Source of the DNA: Vicugna vicugna
Lineage: Eukaryota
Direction of reading: 5' to 3'
Length of the DNA stretch: 64,000 bases
Assembly: GCA_013265495.1 (NCBI GenBank)
Contig: MU057880.1
Span: 774,527 to 838,526, forward strand
The notes beneath the pieces were generated by a model. It was not told the DNA's origin, made no database searches, and saw only the letters and a program-made list of their open reading frames with translations. Positions 14,079 through 26,365 of the stretch are shown one piece after another (within the stretch, counting starts at the first letter, position 1; each line of letters starts with the position of its first letter). Position numbers and translations under genes: made by a program.

Positions 14079-15037
14079 GACAGCTGCATTTTTAAGGCCG
14101 GCTGGGAAATCAAAAGGAGAGCATGGAGGTGTAGCCAGGAAAGAAATCATGTACACAAAGGCACAGAGGAGGGGACCTTCATGATGTGCTGAGCAGGTGA
14201 CTGCTTGTCCTGCATTGCTGGTGCACAGGACATCAGTCTTGGGTGTGGCAGGACTTGCAGGAGAGGCTGAAATTGCAGGGCGGCAGCCAGGTCATGTCCT
14301 CTTTCAAATTCCAGACTAAAGGTGGCACAGCGTTTAATTCTGTAGGCAGCAAAGCATTGTGTTCAGATGTTTACGTAAGGAGGTGATATAAGTAAGTCTC
14401 CGTGGAATCATTAGGAAAACTTTTCTTCTTTCCAGAAGTTTCCCACAAGGGAATTATGTCTTAGAGGTTGAAATAACAAGAGAGAAATGCACCTAATGAG
14501 CATGTATTGGGAGCTATAAAAATCTCTACATCTACAATCTCTCAGCCGATGTAAACTTGGGCTGGAAGGGGCATAGATCAGTTTTTTGGTTGGCTGGTTG
14601 GTTTGTTGTTTGTTCTCCTAATTCTGGCTGGGGGACTGATGTTTCATTCCTTCCTGCTGCCTTGTCTGATGACAGAGCCTCAGTCTCCATCATCGGCCAT
14701 CCAGGGAAGAATTCAGACCCCCCAGCCCAGAGACCTTCCTCTCCGAGTTCCCATCCCGGGGAGTCCAGTAACCCACTTGACTGCGTGAGAAGGTCAGAGA
14801 GAAAGGAGGCCAAGAACATTTACCTGTCATGCTCTGAGGGCCAGTTCATGTCAGCCCAGAGGCAAGAGGTTGTTGTTTGTTTGTTCACTTGATTAATTAA
14901 TTGGTTTTATTTCCGTGGTTACATATTTTACAGTGTGGCTGTGCTGCCCACACTTTTGATTGTCTTTCATATTATTTATCTTAAAATTGCTGTTATGTCA
15001 ATGCTAGAAACATATGTTGTGATTCTTAAATTCCATC

Positions 15038-15209
15038 TGTGTTTCTAATCGGGGGACATTTTCCCCCCAAGGGGATACACTGAGCAGTGCCAGGGACACT
15101 GAGCAGTCAAGCTGGGTGCTGTAAACATCCTTCCATACACAGGACAGAGCATGCAACAGAAAATGATCTGGTCCAGAAAATCAATAGTATTAAGGCTGAG
15201 AAAACCTGG
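15038..15209 (+). mobile_element. MER20-like hAT-Charlie fossil (internally deleted)
   Basis: gtttctaatcgggggacattttccccccaaggggatac...aaacatcct...cacaggacag...tcaatagtattaaggctgagaaaacctg. Confidence 0.75.
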
Positions 15210-15319
15210 GTTACAGAATAAACTTATTTGTAATATTAAAAAGAAGAGCCTCTGTGTTAGAAAGAACACGTGGCTCGTCGTGTCTGTGGACAACTGTTTA
15301 CTGAACGGGTGGAGCAGAG

Positions 15320-15600
15320 ACAGGAGACCCCGAGGGCAGGAAGGCAGGTTAGGTAAGACCTGCAGTAACCACAGTGATGAGAGCCTGAAGGAGGGAGACG
15401 TGGACTGCAGGGCAGTTTGGAGAAGGACTCCGTGAGGCTTGGCAACCAGCTAAACGTGGGTGGATGGAGGGGATGTCAAAGTCCAAGGCACTTCTGAGCT
15501 GGCTCTTTTGGGGGCCTAGGTATATGGTTATGTCACTGACCAAAAAGGGGAATGTGGGAGGGAGAGGGTAATTTGGGGGAAGAGAGGAAGCGGGGAGGTG
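15320..15600 (-). mobile_element. L2 LINE fragment
   Basis: Purine-rich degenerate sequence (ggagaccccgagggcaggaaggcaggttagg...atgtcactgacc...gggaatgtgggagggagag) typical of antisense L2; boundaries approximate. Confidence 0.5.
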
Positions 15601-15624
15601 AGTTGAGAGGCAGTGACCAGTAAT

Positions 15625-15990
15625 AATTAATAATAATATAATATAAATGGCTAATGTTCTACTGAATTTTTACTATGGGCCAGATACTGTTTTAAGTGCT
15701 TTATGAGCCTTAATTCATTTAATTTCTATAAAAAAGTAGGTATTATAATATTATCCAGATTCTACAGATGAGGTAACTGTATACGTTTAGAATCAGACAG
15801 CTCTTGAGTTCAAATCTCAGCTCTACTGCTTTTTAACTGTTTGATTTTGGGTAAATTACTTGGTCAACCTAAGCCCAGATGTAAAAAGAAGGAAATGATA
15901 TCTATCACGTGGCATTATTATGACGACTAGAGAGAGGTAATACATATCAAGGAACCAGCATCATGTCTGAAGCCTCATCCAGCTCAGTAA
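15625..15990. mobile_element. Two adjacent MIR fragments in opposite orientation
   Basis: 15625-15780 reads as antisense MIR (ttctacagatgaggtaactg); 15790-15990 reads as sense MIR (gagttcaaatctcagctctactgctt...ttgggtaaattactt). Confidence 0.75.
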
Positions 15991-16544
15991 AGGCTAGACG
16001 TTATTGGCATGATGGGTTGTGAGATTCCTGGTGCTCTGTGCAGTCAGAAGCTGAGGATTTGTGTCTAGATTTCCCGAGCTCCAAGTAAATGTTTTCAACA
16101 TCAGTCTCTTGATGTTGGTTGGATGACCAGATATAAAGACTATTTCCTGGTTTGGAGATGGGTGGTGATGGACGGAGGTGAGAATCCGGGATGGAATACC
16201 AGTGGTAAAGGAGCCAAAGGAATGAAAGACTCTTCCAGAAGAAATGTAGCTGCGGTGATATGACAAAGAAGAGGAGCGGCATAAAGAAAAGGTCAGAAGC
16301 CCAGTGGAAAGCCGGCAGAAGGACAGTGTCGGCAGTCACACGTGTTTCTGGGAAGTCACGCTAGAAAGTCTGAAGAGAGGTGATTTGATCTGGCAGAAGG
16401 GAAGGAGGCTGCTGGTGGCCAGAGTCAGAACCAGCACAGACAAAGCAGAATCCAATGGATCGAACGGGGCAAATGAAGACGTGCAAACAGAAGGTACAGA
16501 CAATTTTTCCTTCAATAGTGAGTCTCCATTTCATTTTTAAATAA

Positions 16545-17740
16545 TTCAGCTTGGAAATTCTTTGGAAATGGTGCAGTAAGGACCTCCAAAAATACATTCC
16601 TCCATAAAAGAAATAAGAACAGTGGCAAAAATGATCAAAATCACATTGGGGATGAAGAAGCAGATGCTCCCAATAATCCACGGAGAATTTATTTAAGGAA
16701 AATGGCTGAATCTTAGAAAGAAGCATGATCTTTGTGGCATTTTCAATTTAAATTAAAATCGCTCTATTCCCACTCTCTCTTTCCAGCTTCAAAATAGCCT
16801 TGAAAAAAACCAACAGCCTCACAACCATGGTAGCTGTGAAAACTAGCAACCTACCAGTTACTGGAGGGGAAAGACAGATTTGAAGCTCCTTGAAAAGCTT
16901 CCTGCTCAGAGAGATGTTATATTTGATCTGTCTTGAGAATCCCTGGAAAAGCTCCGTTCTCAGGGTGTGTTGCTATTTGACCTGACTCTGTGTGAACGGC
17001 TCTGTTTCACAGGCACCCGTCAAAACCAATCGTCATTTAATATCACAGCTGCCTGGGGGCGCAGAACACCCGATGGGGCGAACAAGGAACTGACCAAAAA
17101 TCTTAAAAGGGAAAAACCAGGAAATGAGATGTCTAAGGGGGATTTCAAAAAGATCTAACATATAAAAGGCTGTGCACATGCCCAGGAGACACCTGAGAAG
17201 GTCCTGATCTCTTTGGCCCTTTGGCTGACCTTGAGGTTCCACACAAGCAAGAAACGAAGGCTAAGGCAGAGCTGTAACTGCCTTCCAGGGCATTGAAGAT
17301 GTGCCCAGACCCACACAAAGGCCGGGAGATGTACTGATTGGAGGCCTTTAAGGAAATTTCTTTCCAGTTATTAGCTGACCACTAAGCTAACCGAGCAGGA
17401 AATTCCGGGGACACACATGACAGACTTTGAACAATTAGTCCAGGAAAGTCACTAAACAGCACCACCACCACTGCCACCGCAAACAATCCACGCGGCGACA
17501 GCAATGAGCCCGAGGGGGGAGGAGGGAATCTCATGTCCAGAATTGGCATATTTATTATTTGACAAGTAACTTGTCAATCAAAAATTACAGAGACAGACAA
17601 AGGAACAGGAGCGGATGGCCCATACACAGGGGGAGAAAAAGCTGCCAGTAGAAACTGTCTCCAAGCAAGCACAGACGCAGTTACGTGACAACAGCTTTGT
17701 CACTTATTGCACATAAGTTCAAAATACTAAAGGAGACTGT
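16545..17740 (+). mobile_element. Old LINE-1 (L1M-type) 5' region fragment
   Basis: Degenerate A-rich L1 5'UTR/ORF1-start-like sequence (aaaattacagagacagacaaaggaacaggagcggatggcccatacacagggg); subfamily not determinable by eye. Confidence 0.55.
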
Positions 17741-18084
17741 TCCAGCAGGCGGTCAGCCTGGGTCACAGGATAGACTAGAACATGGGTGTGGCCAAGGTTA
17801 ACAGGCAGGTAAGTGCCAGCCAGGGAAGAGACCAGGGTGTGATTCAAAGGTCACTGAGGACAGTCGACAGGCATCCAGGCTCCAGTGGTACAGTGTTCCC
17901 TTACCTGGACCAGAGAGAGCCCACTGCCTCCTTGCAACATGGCGGGCCCCCACGGCTAGTGGGTCCACTCAGCAGCTGCCCTGGGCAGTGTGGCTGCCTT
18001 CACCTCACCGTGTGCCGCAGTAGAAGGACCTCACCTCTTGCCCCTTAGAGTCTGAAACACATAAATGTGGGGATGTACCCGGGG

Positions 18085-18335
18085 ACCAATGACACCAGAA
18101 TAGGCAGACGCACAGAGACAGAAAGTATATGAGTAGTTTCTGGAGGCTGGAGTTAGGGGAATGGGGAGTGGCTGCTACTGGGTCTCTCACAGGCTGCTCC
18201 TCAGGGTGATGAAATTATCTGAACTGACTTAGTGGTGATGGCTGCACCGTTTTGTGAACATGATAAAAACCACTGACTTGTTTACTTAAACATGTGGATT
18301 TATGGTATGTGGATTATAACTTAATTTTTAAATTG
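18085..18335 (+). mobile_element. L1MB-like 3' end
   Basis: agagacagaaagta...ggggaatggggagtggctgcta...gggtgatgaaa...agtggtgatggctgcac...tatggtatgtggattataacttaa. Confidence 0.75.
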
Positions 18336-18754
18336 CTATATGGCATGGTTTCTGCACTGAAGGTCCATCTGTCTAGATGTAGTGCTAGAAAATTCGTTTA
18401 TTCAAGCATCTGACACAAGTGCTCTTCTAGACATCCGGGGAGGTTTCCAAGATACCTGGCTGCCTTTCTCTTCCCTTCCCCTGCAATTTATTAGAGCCAC
18501 GGGAGGCAGCCAAGCAAAGGAATTGTCACTTCAGGATGAGTCGTTGGGGAACCGTGTGGTTCAGAGCAGGGTGAGATGGGCATCTGCGGGAGGGCATCTA
18601 GGGGTGGTAGCGTGTTGGATTCCAGATGGGGCGAGGAGGGAAGGCACATGGTGGTGGGATGGAGGTCGCAATGGGATGCTGGTGATAGGAAGACTGATCA
18701 AATAGGTAAATACATAAAGAGAATGGGAGCCCGGTTTCCCACTGTAGGAGAAGC

Positions 18755-19768
18755 AGTGTTAACTGCAGCCTTCGTGCTGTACATCACATCCCTCGTACTT
18801 ACTCGTTTTATAACTGGGGGTTTGTACCTTCTGATCACCTTCCTCCAGTTCCCTCTCCCCCTGTGCCCTGCATCTGGTAACCATAAATCTGATGTCTTTT
18901 TCTGTGACTTTGGTGGGTTTTGTTTTTTGCTTTTATTAGATTCCACATACAAGTGAGATCAGACAGTATTTGTCTTTCTATATCTGGCTTATTTCACTTA
19001 GCATAATACCCTCCAAGTCCATCCATGTTGTCACAAATGGTAGGATTTCCCTGGGTTTTGTGTGTGTGTGTGTGTGTGGCTGAATAATATCCCATTGTGT
19101 ATCAACATAGCACAACTTCTTTATCCAGTCATCCATCGACGGACACTTAGGTTGTTTCCATGTCTTGTCCATTGCAAACAGTGCTGCTGTGAACACGGGG
19201 TGCAGGTACTTTTTTGAGTTAGTGTTTTGTTACCTTTAGACATATTCTTCGAAGTGGAATTGCTGGATCATATGGTGAGTCTATTTTTAATTTTTTTCAG
19301 GACCTTCCATACTATTTTCTACAGTGGCTGCACCGATTCATATTCCCACCAATAGTGCATGAGGGTTGCCTTTGCTCCCCATCCTCAGCGACATCCTCAG
19401 TTATCTGTCGTCTTTTTGATGACAGCCATTCTAATGGGTGTAAGGTGATATCGCATTGTGTTTGACTTCCATTTCCCTGGTGGTCAGTGATGTCGAGCAT
19501 CTTTTCATGTGTCTGTTGGCCATTCATGTATCTTCTTTGGAAAAATGTCTATTCAGGTCCTTTGTCCAGTTAAAAATTGATTCATTTATTTTGCTATTGA
19601 GTTATATGAGTTCTTTATATATTTTGGACATTCACCTGTTACAAATATATGGTTTGCAAACATTTTTCCCATGACGTAAGTTGTGTTTTTCCTTTGTTGA
19701 TGGTTTCTTGTGCTGTGCAGAAGCTTTTTAGTTTGACGTCGTTCTGTTTTTTTTTTTCATTTTGTTGC
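18755..19768 (-). mobile_element. LINE-1 (L1MA-like) ORF2 C-terminus/3'UTR fragment with internal (TG)n at ~19059-19078
   Basis: Minus translation MFTAALFAMDKTWKQPKCPSMDDWIKKL...PFVTTWMDLEGIMLSEISQ is the L1 ORF2 C-terminus; flanked by older sense-strand L1M-like sequence. Confidence 0.92.
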
Positions 19769-20027
19769 TTATGCAGATTTCCTCTGGTTTTGATGGTTAT
19801 CTTGAGGTTATGTAAAATGTCTTTGCAGGAGTTTCGCACTCACATATTGGGGATAATGGGTATCACGCCAACAACTTGCTTTCCAATTGTTCAGGGAAAG
19901 AAGCCTTCATCCTGTGCTGCTTTTCTATAAGCTTGAAATTATTTCAACAAGAAAAGAATTCAAGCCTTAGGGGCCAACTTAACATAAGAGTCAGTAGTAG
20001 TAAGAATGTTACACTAAGAATGTTCGC

Positions 20028-20029
<2 letters not shown>

Positions 20030-20064
<35 letters not shown>

Positions 20065-20083
20065 ATGCGCGCGCACACGTGTG
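20030..20083. repeat. (TG)n microsatellite running into an alternating purine-pyrimidine tract
   Basis: tgtgtgtg... (~16 units) followed by catgcgcgcgcacacgtgtg. Confidence 0.95.
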
Positions 20084-22326
20084 TTCACCACTGTTGTGTG
20101 TTTGTAACTAACAAGCCGTTATGATGGCCCCATTTCATGCTCCAAACCTTTCTGGAGCCAAAATTTCTGCCCCTTGGTTTACCTCTTTTGACTTTTGTGC
20201 CTCATTTGTAAGCTCCACACAGTGCGTGTAAATCTCCACAGCTGGCATGGCTGTTTTCTCTATAAGATCTTTAAAATCTTTGAATTACAACGAACGTTTA
20301 ACTTTGCATGGCTCCTGGTGCTGCAAGATTCAGGGCCGTGGGGTGGTCTGACTTTCAAATAGAAATTGTAAGCTGTCTTAGGACTTAAATGAAGACTAGC
20401 TACATGCAAGGATTCTTCTTTCCTAATCCATTCAGCACCATTACTTCCGTAATATACTATTTTTAAGAAAACGTGGCACATTTGGATGAAATGGCTTTCT
20501 TATACATCATTCGTCTGTAAACTGTCAACAGTGCCTGTTCCATACATTCTAACTAGAAACTGTCTTTCCTTTACACTGCCTTGAAGCGATTCCGGGCTAT
20601 TACTGCATCCTGTAAGCAAGAAATCTCAGACACAGCGGGGGAAGGGGAACAGGAGGGCTGGTCCGCAAACTTTAAGTCAGCTCTGGTCTCCTCCCCGCCC
20701 CCAACCCCATCCTGCACAGATTAGCTGAGCGCCAGCGGGGTGTCAGGCAGGGTAATGGCCCAGGCACGTGCTGGCTTCTTTAAGGAGCCCTGAGTCGGGA
20801 GGGAGAGAGCCCACGGCACTAGAAATTTAAGTCTATTCTTACAATTTGCACCAGGGAAATCAAATACACCTGCGATTGGAGGAGGAAAAGTTGCTTGGGG
20901 ACAGGAATAAGGAAGGCCTTTCCGGAAAGGGCAGCGCGTCCAGCCAGGCTGCATTTGTCAGGGAAGGAGGGACAAGGAAAGGTGGAGCCTGTGGCTGGGG
21001 GTCTGGAGGCAGGCATCCCCGGAGCTGGTGGGGGGACTAGGGGAGCCGGGTGAGCGCAGGCCTGGCTGGAGAGGGCCTGGGAGGCCCCGAGGGCGGAGCG
21101 TGGAAACCAGAAACTGACAGAAACTAACACACCCTTTTGTGCAGCACAGAGGACCTCGGTCTCCATCCTACAGGTTGTGCGGTGTCCGTGGCGAGTTTGC
21201 TGGAGGGTGATGGGGGCTTTGTGGTTGCAAAGAGGGAAGAAGGGGCTATCAGACCCTCAGGGGCTGGAATTGTTGGCTCCCCATCCACTCCACCCTCCGC
21301 TCCAACACTGCGGCCTCCTGCCCGCCAGGCCTCACAAAACAGCCGGCCTGCATGTCCTGCCATTCACCCGGCTTTACTTCTCTCCATGTTCCCCAGTATG
21401 TGACTGACTTACCTGGTGATGGTCTGCTCTGCACGGGTATCTAACCTCTGTGCTAACAGGGTCCCTGTCCTGCTCCTGCGGCCCCCAGACCCCCAGCGCT
21501 TCTGCTGTGCGCCGTGCTCTGGATGGAGTGAGGGGCCGTGCAGGCCTGCCAGGAATCTGGACCCAAAGAACCAGGGAGGCCGGGACACTCAGAGTCCAGG
21601 AAGGGACCCTGCAATGGCTGAGAGGCTCTGAGCTCCAGCTGGAAGGGTCCGGGGGTGAGAAGCTCCGAGAGCTCTCTCAGGCGACAACAGCCTTCCAAAT
21701 GAGACAGCACACCCTTGTACCATGATCTCGTTGTCTTTTCCCCAGACCTGGCCCTTTTCAGTGGGAAAGCAGACCTCAGGTAATATTCTAATTTAGGGGT
21801 ATTGGAACCAGGACAGTGATTTCTCTAGGGAAAGAGCCTGAAGCTGAGATCTTTCTTCCTGCACACTGTCCAAAGCCAGAGCCTGTGATAGTGAGGCTGG
21901 TGTGTCCCTGGACCCCTCTGAGATCTCAGACCTGGTGGGCCTGTCCTGCGGGAGATCCTGTGGGTCCACGAGGTCTCAGCCCCAACGTGCCGCCTCCAAA
22001 TTCCCAGCCCCTCGCGTGCTGGGATCTGAAGGCCGTGCGGAGCAGCCGTGGCCCAGGGGCGACGTCGTCAACAAGCTTCCTAGATGAGTGTCCAGCTGGG
22101 CAGGTGGTTCTCTGCATCTCCAGCAGCTGGATGTCTAGGGACGCGGAGGGGCGGAATCCGCAAGCTTCTCAGATCCCTGGCTGCGGGCTCAGGTCCCTGG
22201 CTTTGCCAAGCTAGACGTCACCTGGAATTGCAACAGAAGCAGACAGATCTCGACTGTCTGAAAACTGGTGGCCTTACTTCTAATGTCTTTCTGATTTGAG
22301 AACCAACCAACTTGCTCCTGTTTCAG

Positions 22327-22516
22327 GCAACCAAGCCCTTCGGTCATGGATGCACAGGGGTGCTACAGCCGGGGCTCCATTGCCTGGCACATGGGTGACT
22401 ATGAGGACACCAATCAGAGAAACTCCCGGTGGGCCACCCTCGTGAAGCAGAGCGAGGCGGCACTGCCCAGGGCTTCCAGACCACCCACGCTGCCGAAGCT
22501 GCCCCAGAGGGAGGAG
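22327..22516 (+). CDS. SPMIP2: SPMIP2 (C4orf45, sperm microtubule inner protein 2) penultimate coding exon, 190 nt
   Basis: ttgctcctgtttcag|G CAA CCA AGC...GAG GAG|gtaggg; (W)QPSPSVMDAQGCYSRGSIAWHMGDYEDTNQRNSRWATLVKQSEAALPRASRPPTLPKLPQREE resembles recalled human C4orf45 (QPKPHVLDMQG...AWHMSAFEDTDQRNSKWAILV...LPRASKPPKLPKLPKKE); C4orf45 is the known tail-to-tail neighbour of FNIP2. Confidence 0.9.
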
Positions 22517-24478
22517 GTAGGGTCACTTACTTGTCTGGATCTTCGTAGAAAACGTCAGGCTGTTTCAACGTGAGAATTCAATAATGCTATTTAATAGTAA
22601 TGCTACGAATAATCAGTCTTACATCTCCTTTTAACCTATCAAAACGTTTCGTAAGTCATGTTGGATTTCCACAGTGACGTCCGCACAGGGGACAGGTGGG
22701 TATCATCGCCACACTGTAGATAAAGAAAACAGGAGGTGTGGGGCTCAGCCCTTAGAACTGCTTGTTTATCATGTGGTTTAACCTGGAGAGAGAATGGCCA
22801 ATTTCTTGGTTTCCAAAACCTGAGAGCGGTCTCAGGCAGAGGGATGGAGGTAAACCTACAACCCTTCTTAAAACCTCGCAGACTGGTTAGCAGAGTAAAA
22901 ATATACCAGTTCCAATTCAAGGGTTTTTCCCTCCCCATTGCTCTCCATGGAATCTTGAACGAGTTGCATAATTTCCTGATACGGGTTTTTGAATTGGGAA
23001 AATGGGGGTGTCAGTATCTGTCCTGAACATTCTGTAGCTGTCGTGAGAGCCAAGGAAAGAGTGCGTAAGCATGTATTCAAATGAACAGCTGTTTCCTGGG
23101 GTCCTGCTGCATAATCCCACAGCCGGGTCTGCTTTGCGGTCCTTCGGCATTTCAGCGTGGAGGGTGACAGCAGCCTTCCATGATGACATGGGGAAGAGAC
23201 CAGCCAGGATGCATCTGGAGACACCTGCTCCCTACGTGGAGGGGGTCTCCTGGCTCCACTGGAGAACCGTGCTACCTCCCCAGAATATTGCTTATCATCT
23301 GTCTCCAGGGATCTGATGCGTCAGCAGTTGTCCACCTGACAATTAATTATGTATGTATATGAAATCTTGTGAGGCAGCCTTAGAAGCCCTCTTTGGTGGG
23401 TGCTGCCCCCAGGATGCTCTGTGCTGAAGAAGGGAGCGGCTCAGCGGTGAGTGTGCCTATGTGGTCTGAATTTTGAGCTGGGTCCAGATGAGACTGCTGC
23501 AGCATGTGGGAGGAGGCTTGGATTAGCTCTTTCCCACCACTGAACTAATTTTGTGTAGGATTAGAGCAATCGTGGATTAAATGATCCCAAATGCCTCCTG
23601 TCACTTGCTGAATCCAACTGAGATGTTTTTGCATGTTTAAAAAAATCTGTGAAAAGACTTACTTAGAAATGATTTCAGACTTTTGGGAAGGTTATTTAGA
23701 CATCAGCCTGGGGGACGATGGATTAGAAGCATTGCTGTGAGGGGTGAGTGTGGAGGGGCGAGTTTGGAGGGCATTTTGGTAACTGTTGAGAGACAAGGAG
23801 GGACCGAAAGAAGGCAAAGAGAAAGGGGAACAGCGGATGCATCTGGGATGCAGAGAGTAAGCTGGGCACTCTGGGTATTGACTGGATGTGGGGGAGACCT
23901 CAGCTGCACGGAAGGAGGAAGGAGAGACAGTGGACCACAGACCTTACGAGATGCGGGCGGGGCGAGGGTAGGGGGCAAAGAAGTGAATGCCAAGTAAACC
24001 TCTCTAGAAAGTGCTGAGTTGTCAAGGAAGGAGAAACTGGGGATAAAGAATGGGGAGGGGGACAGAGGAGAAAGTCGGGATACTGCGAACTTGCAGGTGA
24101 TGGCCGGAGGTCCCCGACAGCTGAGGGCGATGCCCAGCTGTGGGAACTCGCACCAGGCTGCAGGGGTTAGTGCCTAAAGGCAGGCTTTCCTCTCCCACGG
24201 CGCACGAAGAAGTGGGACCTCCTCTTCTGCCATCCCACAGGGTGGTTCTCACTTAAGACTTTCCCTGCTCTCCAGCACCCCCTTGGCTGCACATACTCAG
24301 AGATCGTGTGACTTGGATATGTCGGCCCTTAAGTGGTGACGCTGAGGTCCTTACTGTTCACTGCATTAGAGAGCTGACTTCGAAGTCCGCTTCCTATCAT
24401 GGGTGTGGCAGTATTCCACTACCCACCTCCATTTTGGGGGCATTATATATATAACTGGACTGACCCCTCAAGTACCAG

Positions 24479-25246
24479 TGCTAGTCAGGGTTCTCCAGAG
24501 ACACAGAACCAGTGCGATGGATCGATGGATGGATGGATACATGGATGGATGGATGGATGGATGGATGGATGGATGGATGGATGGATACATGGATGGATGG
24601 ATGGATGGATGGATGGATGGATGGATACATGGATGGATGGATATGGATGGATGGATGGATACATGGATGGATGGATGGATGGATGGATGGATGGATGGAT
24701 ACATGGATGGATGGATATATGGATGGGTGGATACATGGATGGGTGGATGGATACATGGATGGATGGATGGATATATGGATGGATGGATGGATACATGGAT
24801 GATGGATGGGTAGATAGATTGATAGATTATAAGTAGACGATAGACAGGTGCTACATGGATAGGTAGTTAGGTAGGTAGTTAGGCAGGAAGGTAGGTAGGT
24901 AGGTAGCTTTCTTTTAAGGAACTGGTTCATGAGACTTTGGAGGCTGGCAAATCCCAAACCTGCACAGTGGGCTGGAGACTCCAGAAGGCCATGAAGGCAG
25001 CCTGGAGGCAGAATTTCTTCCCTTGGCGGGGGATGTCAGTCTATTTTCTCTTAAGTCCTTCATCTGATTGGACAAGGCCCTCTCACACCATGGAGGATAA
25101 TCTGCTCTACTCAAAGTAAATCTAAACCTCTAAATGTTAATCTCACCTAAAAAAAATACCTTCACAGCAACATCCACACTGGTATTTGACCAAATATCTG
25201 GGTACCATGGCCTGAGCAAGATGAGACGCCTAAGACGAACTATTAA
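24479..25246 (-). mobile_element. MLT2B-like (ERVL) solo LTR
   Basis: tagtcagggttctccagagacacagaacca...aaggaactggttcatg...gaggataatctgctctactcaaagt...aatgttaatctcacctaaaaaaaataccttcacagcaacatcc...tttgaccaaatatctgggtaccatggcc. Confidence 0.85.
24517..24905. repeat. Compound tetranucleotide repeat (GGAT)n with ACAT interruptions, then (AGAT)/(AGGT)n
   Basis: Directly visible; generates the spurious MDGW/PSIH ORFs. Confidence 0.97.
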
Positions 25247-26359
25247 AAGTACCCGTCTCGTCCAGGTGTGAGGATTAAATGAGGTCACCTGTAGCAAGCA
25301 CCTCACAGACCCAGAAAGCTATGTGGTTGGTGTGTATGTACGGGTCTAAGTTGTTGTCAAGGACGTGATTTTAAAGGGGACATGGAAAACACTGGAGATT
25401 TCCATTAAATCCAGAAAGGATTTTGCAATATCTAATATTACTTCTTCCTGTAGTCTTAACATAATTCAACATGGTATGATGTTGCTACAAAAGTTATACT
25501 TGACAGCATATTTTTCCTGAGGCCATGGGGATCAATGATCTCATCCCTTTCATAGCAAATATTCTCTAATGCCCTTGATTTTCCTAAAATAAAATTCAAA
25601 AATAAAATAACCTACTCACACACTTAATTTATAACAAACCAATATAGTGCCCAGCTATACTATCTTAAAACTCACAGGAATATATATTTTAATACCTGGA
25701 CACTGGGGCACTGGTGGATTAGAACAGAAACTATGATGAGGGTAAGGAGACGCTTGCTTCCTTCCGCTTGGGACTCCAGGAGGCAACAGAGATGAGCGAA
25801 CGCAGATACAGGTAGACCACTGATGACTCACACTACATGGGTACCACAGCGATTGGGAACACGGTTTTCCAAATTATGTCAATTCCTGTTAAAATCCACA
25901 CCTTACCAAGTAAAATCTTGCCTCAGTGTGTACAACAGTGGCGTCCCTGGAAAAGTCAGCCTCTGTTCAAATCGTGAAATACGTTATGCTTCCCTATAGA
26001 GCAGAATTAAATTCTGAGCTTAGATCATTATAAATGGGTCTTTCAGCCACATGAATGTCAGCAGGATATTTAGAAGTCACACAGGAGGCAGGACAGCTCC
26101 TCGTTCCGTGGGGTGTCCCACACGTTCCAAGATGTCTCTCCCCTCCCTCAGCCCCCACCACTCCCTGCCAGCAGCCCTTACCCATCACTACGCGACTAGA
26201 AATGTCCGACACTTCCAGGACGTCCCTGCTGAAAACCTCTGACTTACACAGTGAACTTGTTTCAGCAGGAGTGACTGGAAATGAGACCTTCAGTCCAATT
26301 AAATGCAACAAACAAATCATGTGCAGTACCAGGAAAATGTTCAAGATAAATTCAAAAGG

Positions 26360-26365
26360 TTTATT
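26360..26365 (-). terminator. FNIP2: Probable distal poly(A) signal of FNIP2
   Basis: TTTATT on plus = AATAAA on minus, with a GU-rich tract ~40-55 nt downstream; repeat-like DNA resumes shortly afterwards. Confidence 0.7.

Noticed and set aside
1..22326. Upstream SPMIP2 exons
   Set aside because: I could not find by eye a sequence encoding the preceding part of the protein (ending in ...RYQNPW); it probably lies upstream of the window. TBLASTN would settle this.
22517..22573. ORF continuation VGSLTCLDLRRKRQAVST* as the SPMIP2 C-terminus
   Set aside because: It begins at a GAG|gtaggg donor where similarity to the recalled protein ends, no canonical AATAAA follows closely, and a better terminal exon exists at 32716. 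Intron-retained isoforms cannot be excluded.
24399..24957. Repetitive ORFs (MDGW)n and (PSIH)n
   Set aside because: Translations of the (GGAT)n microsatellite.
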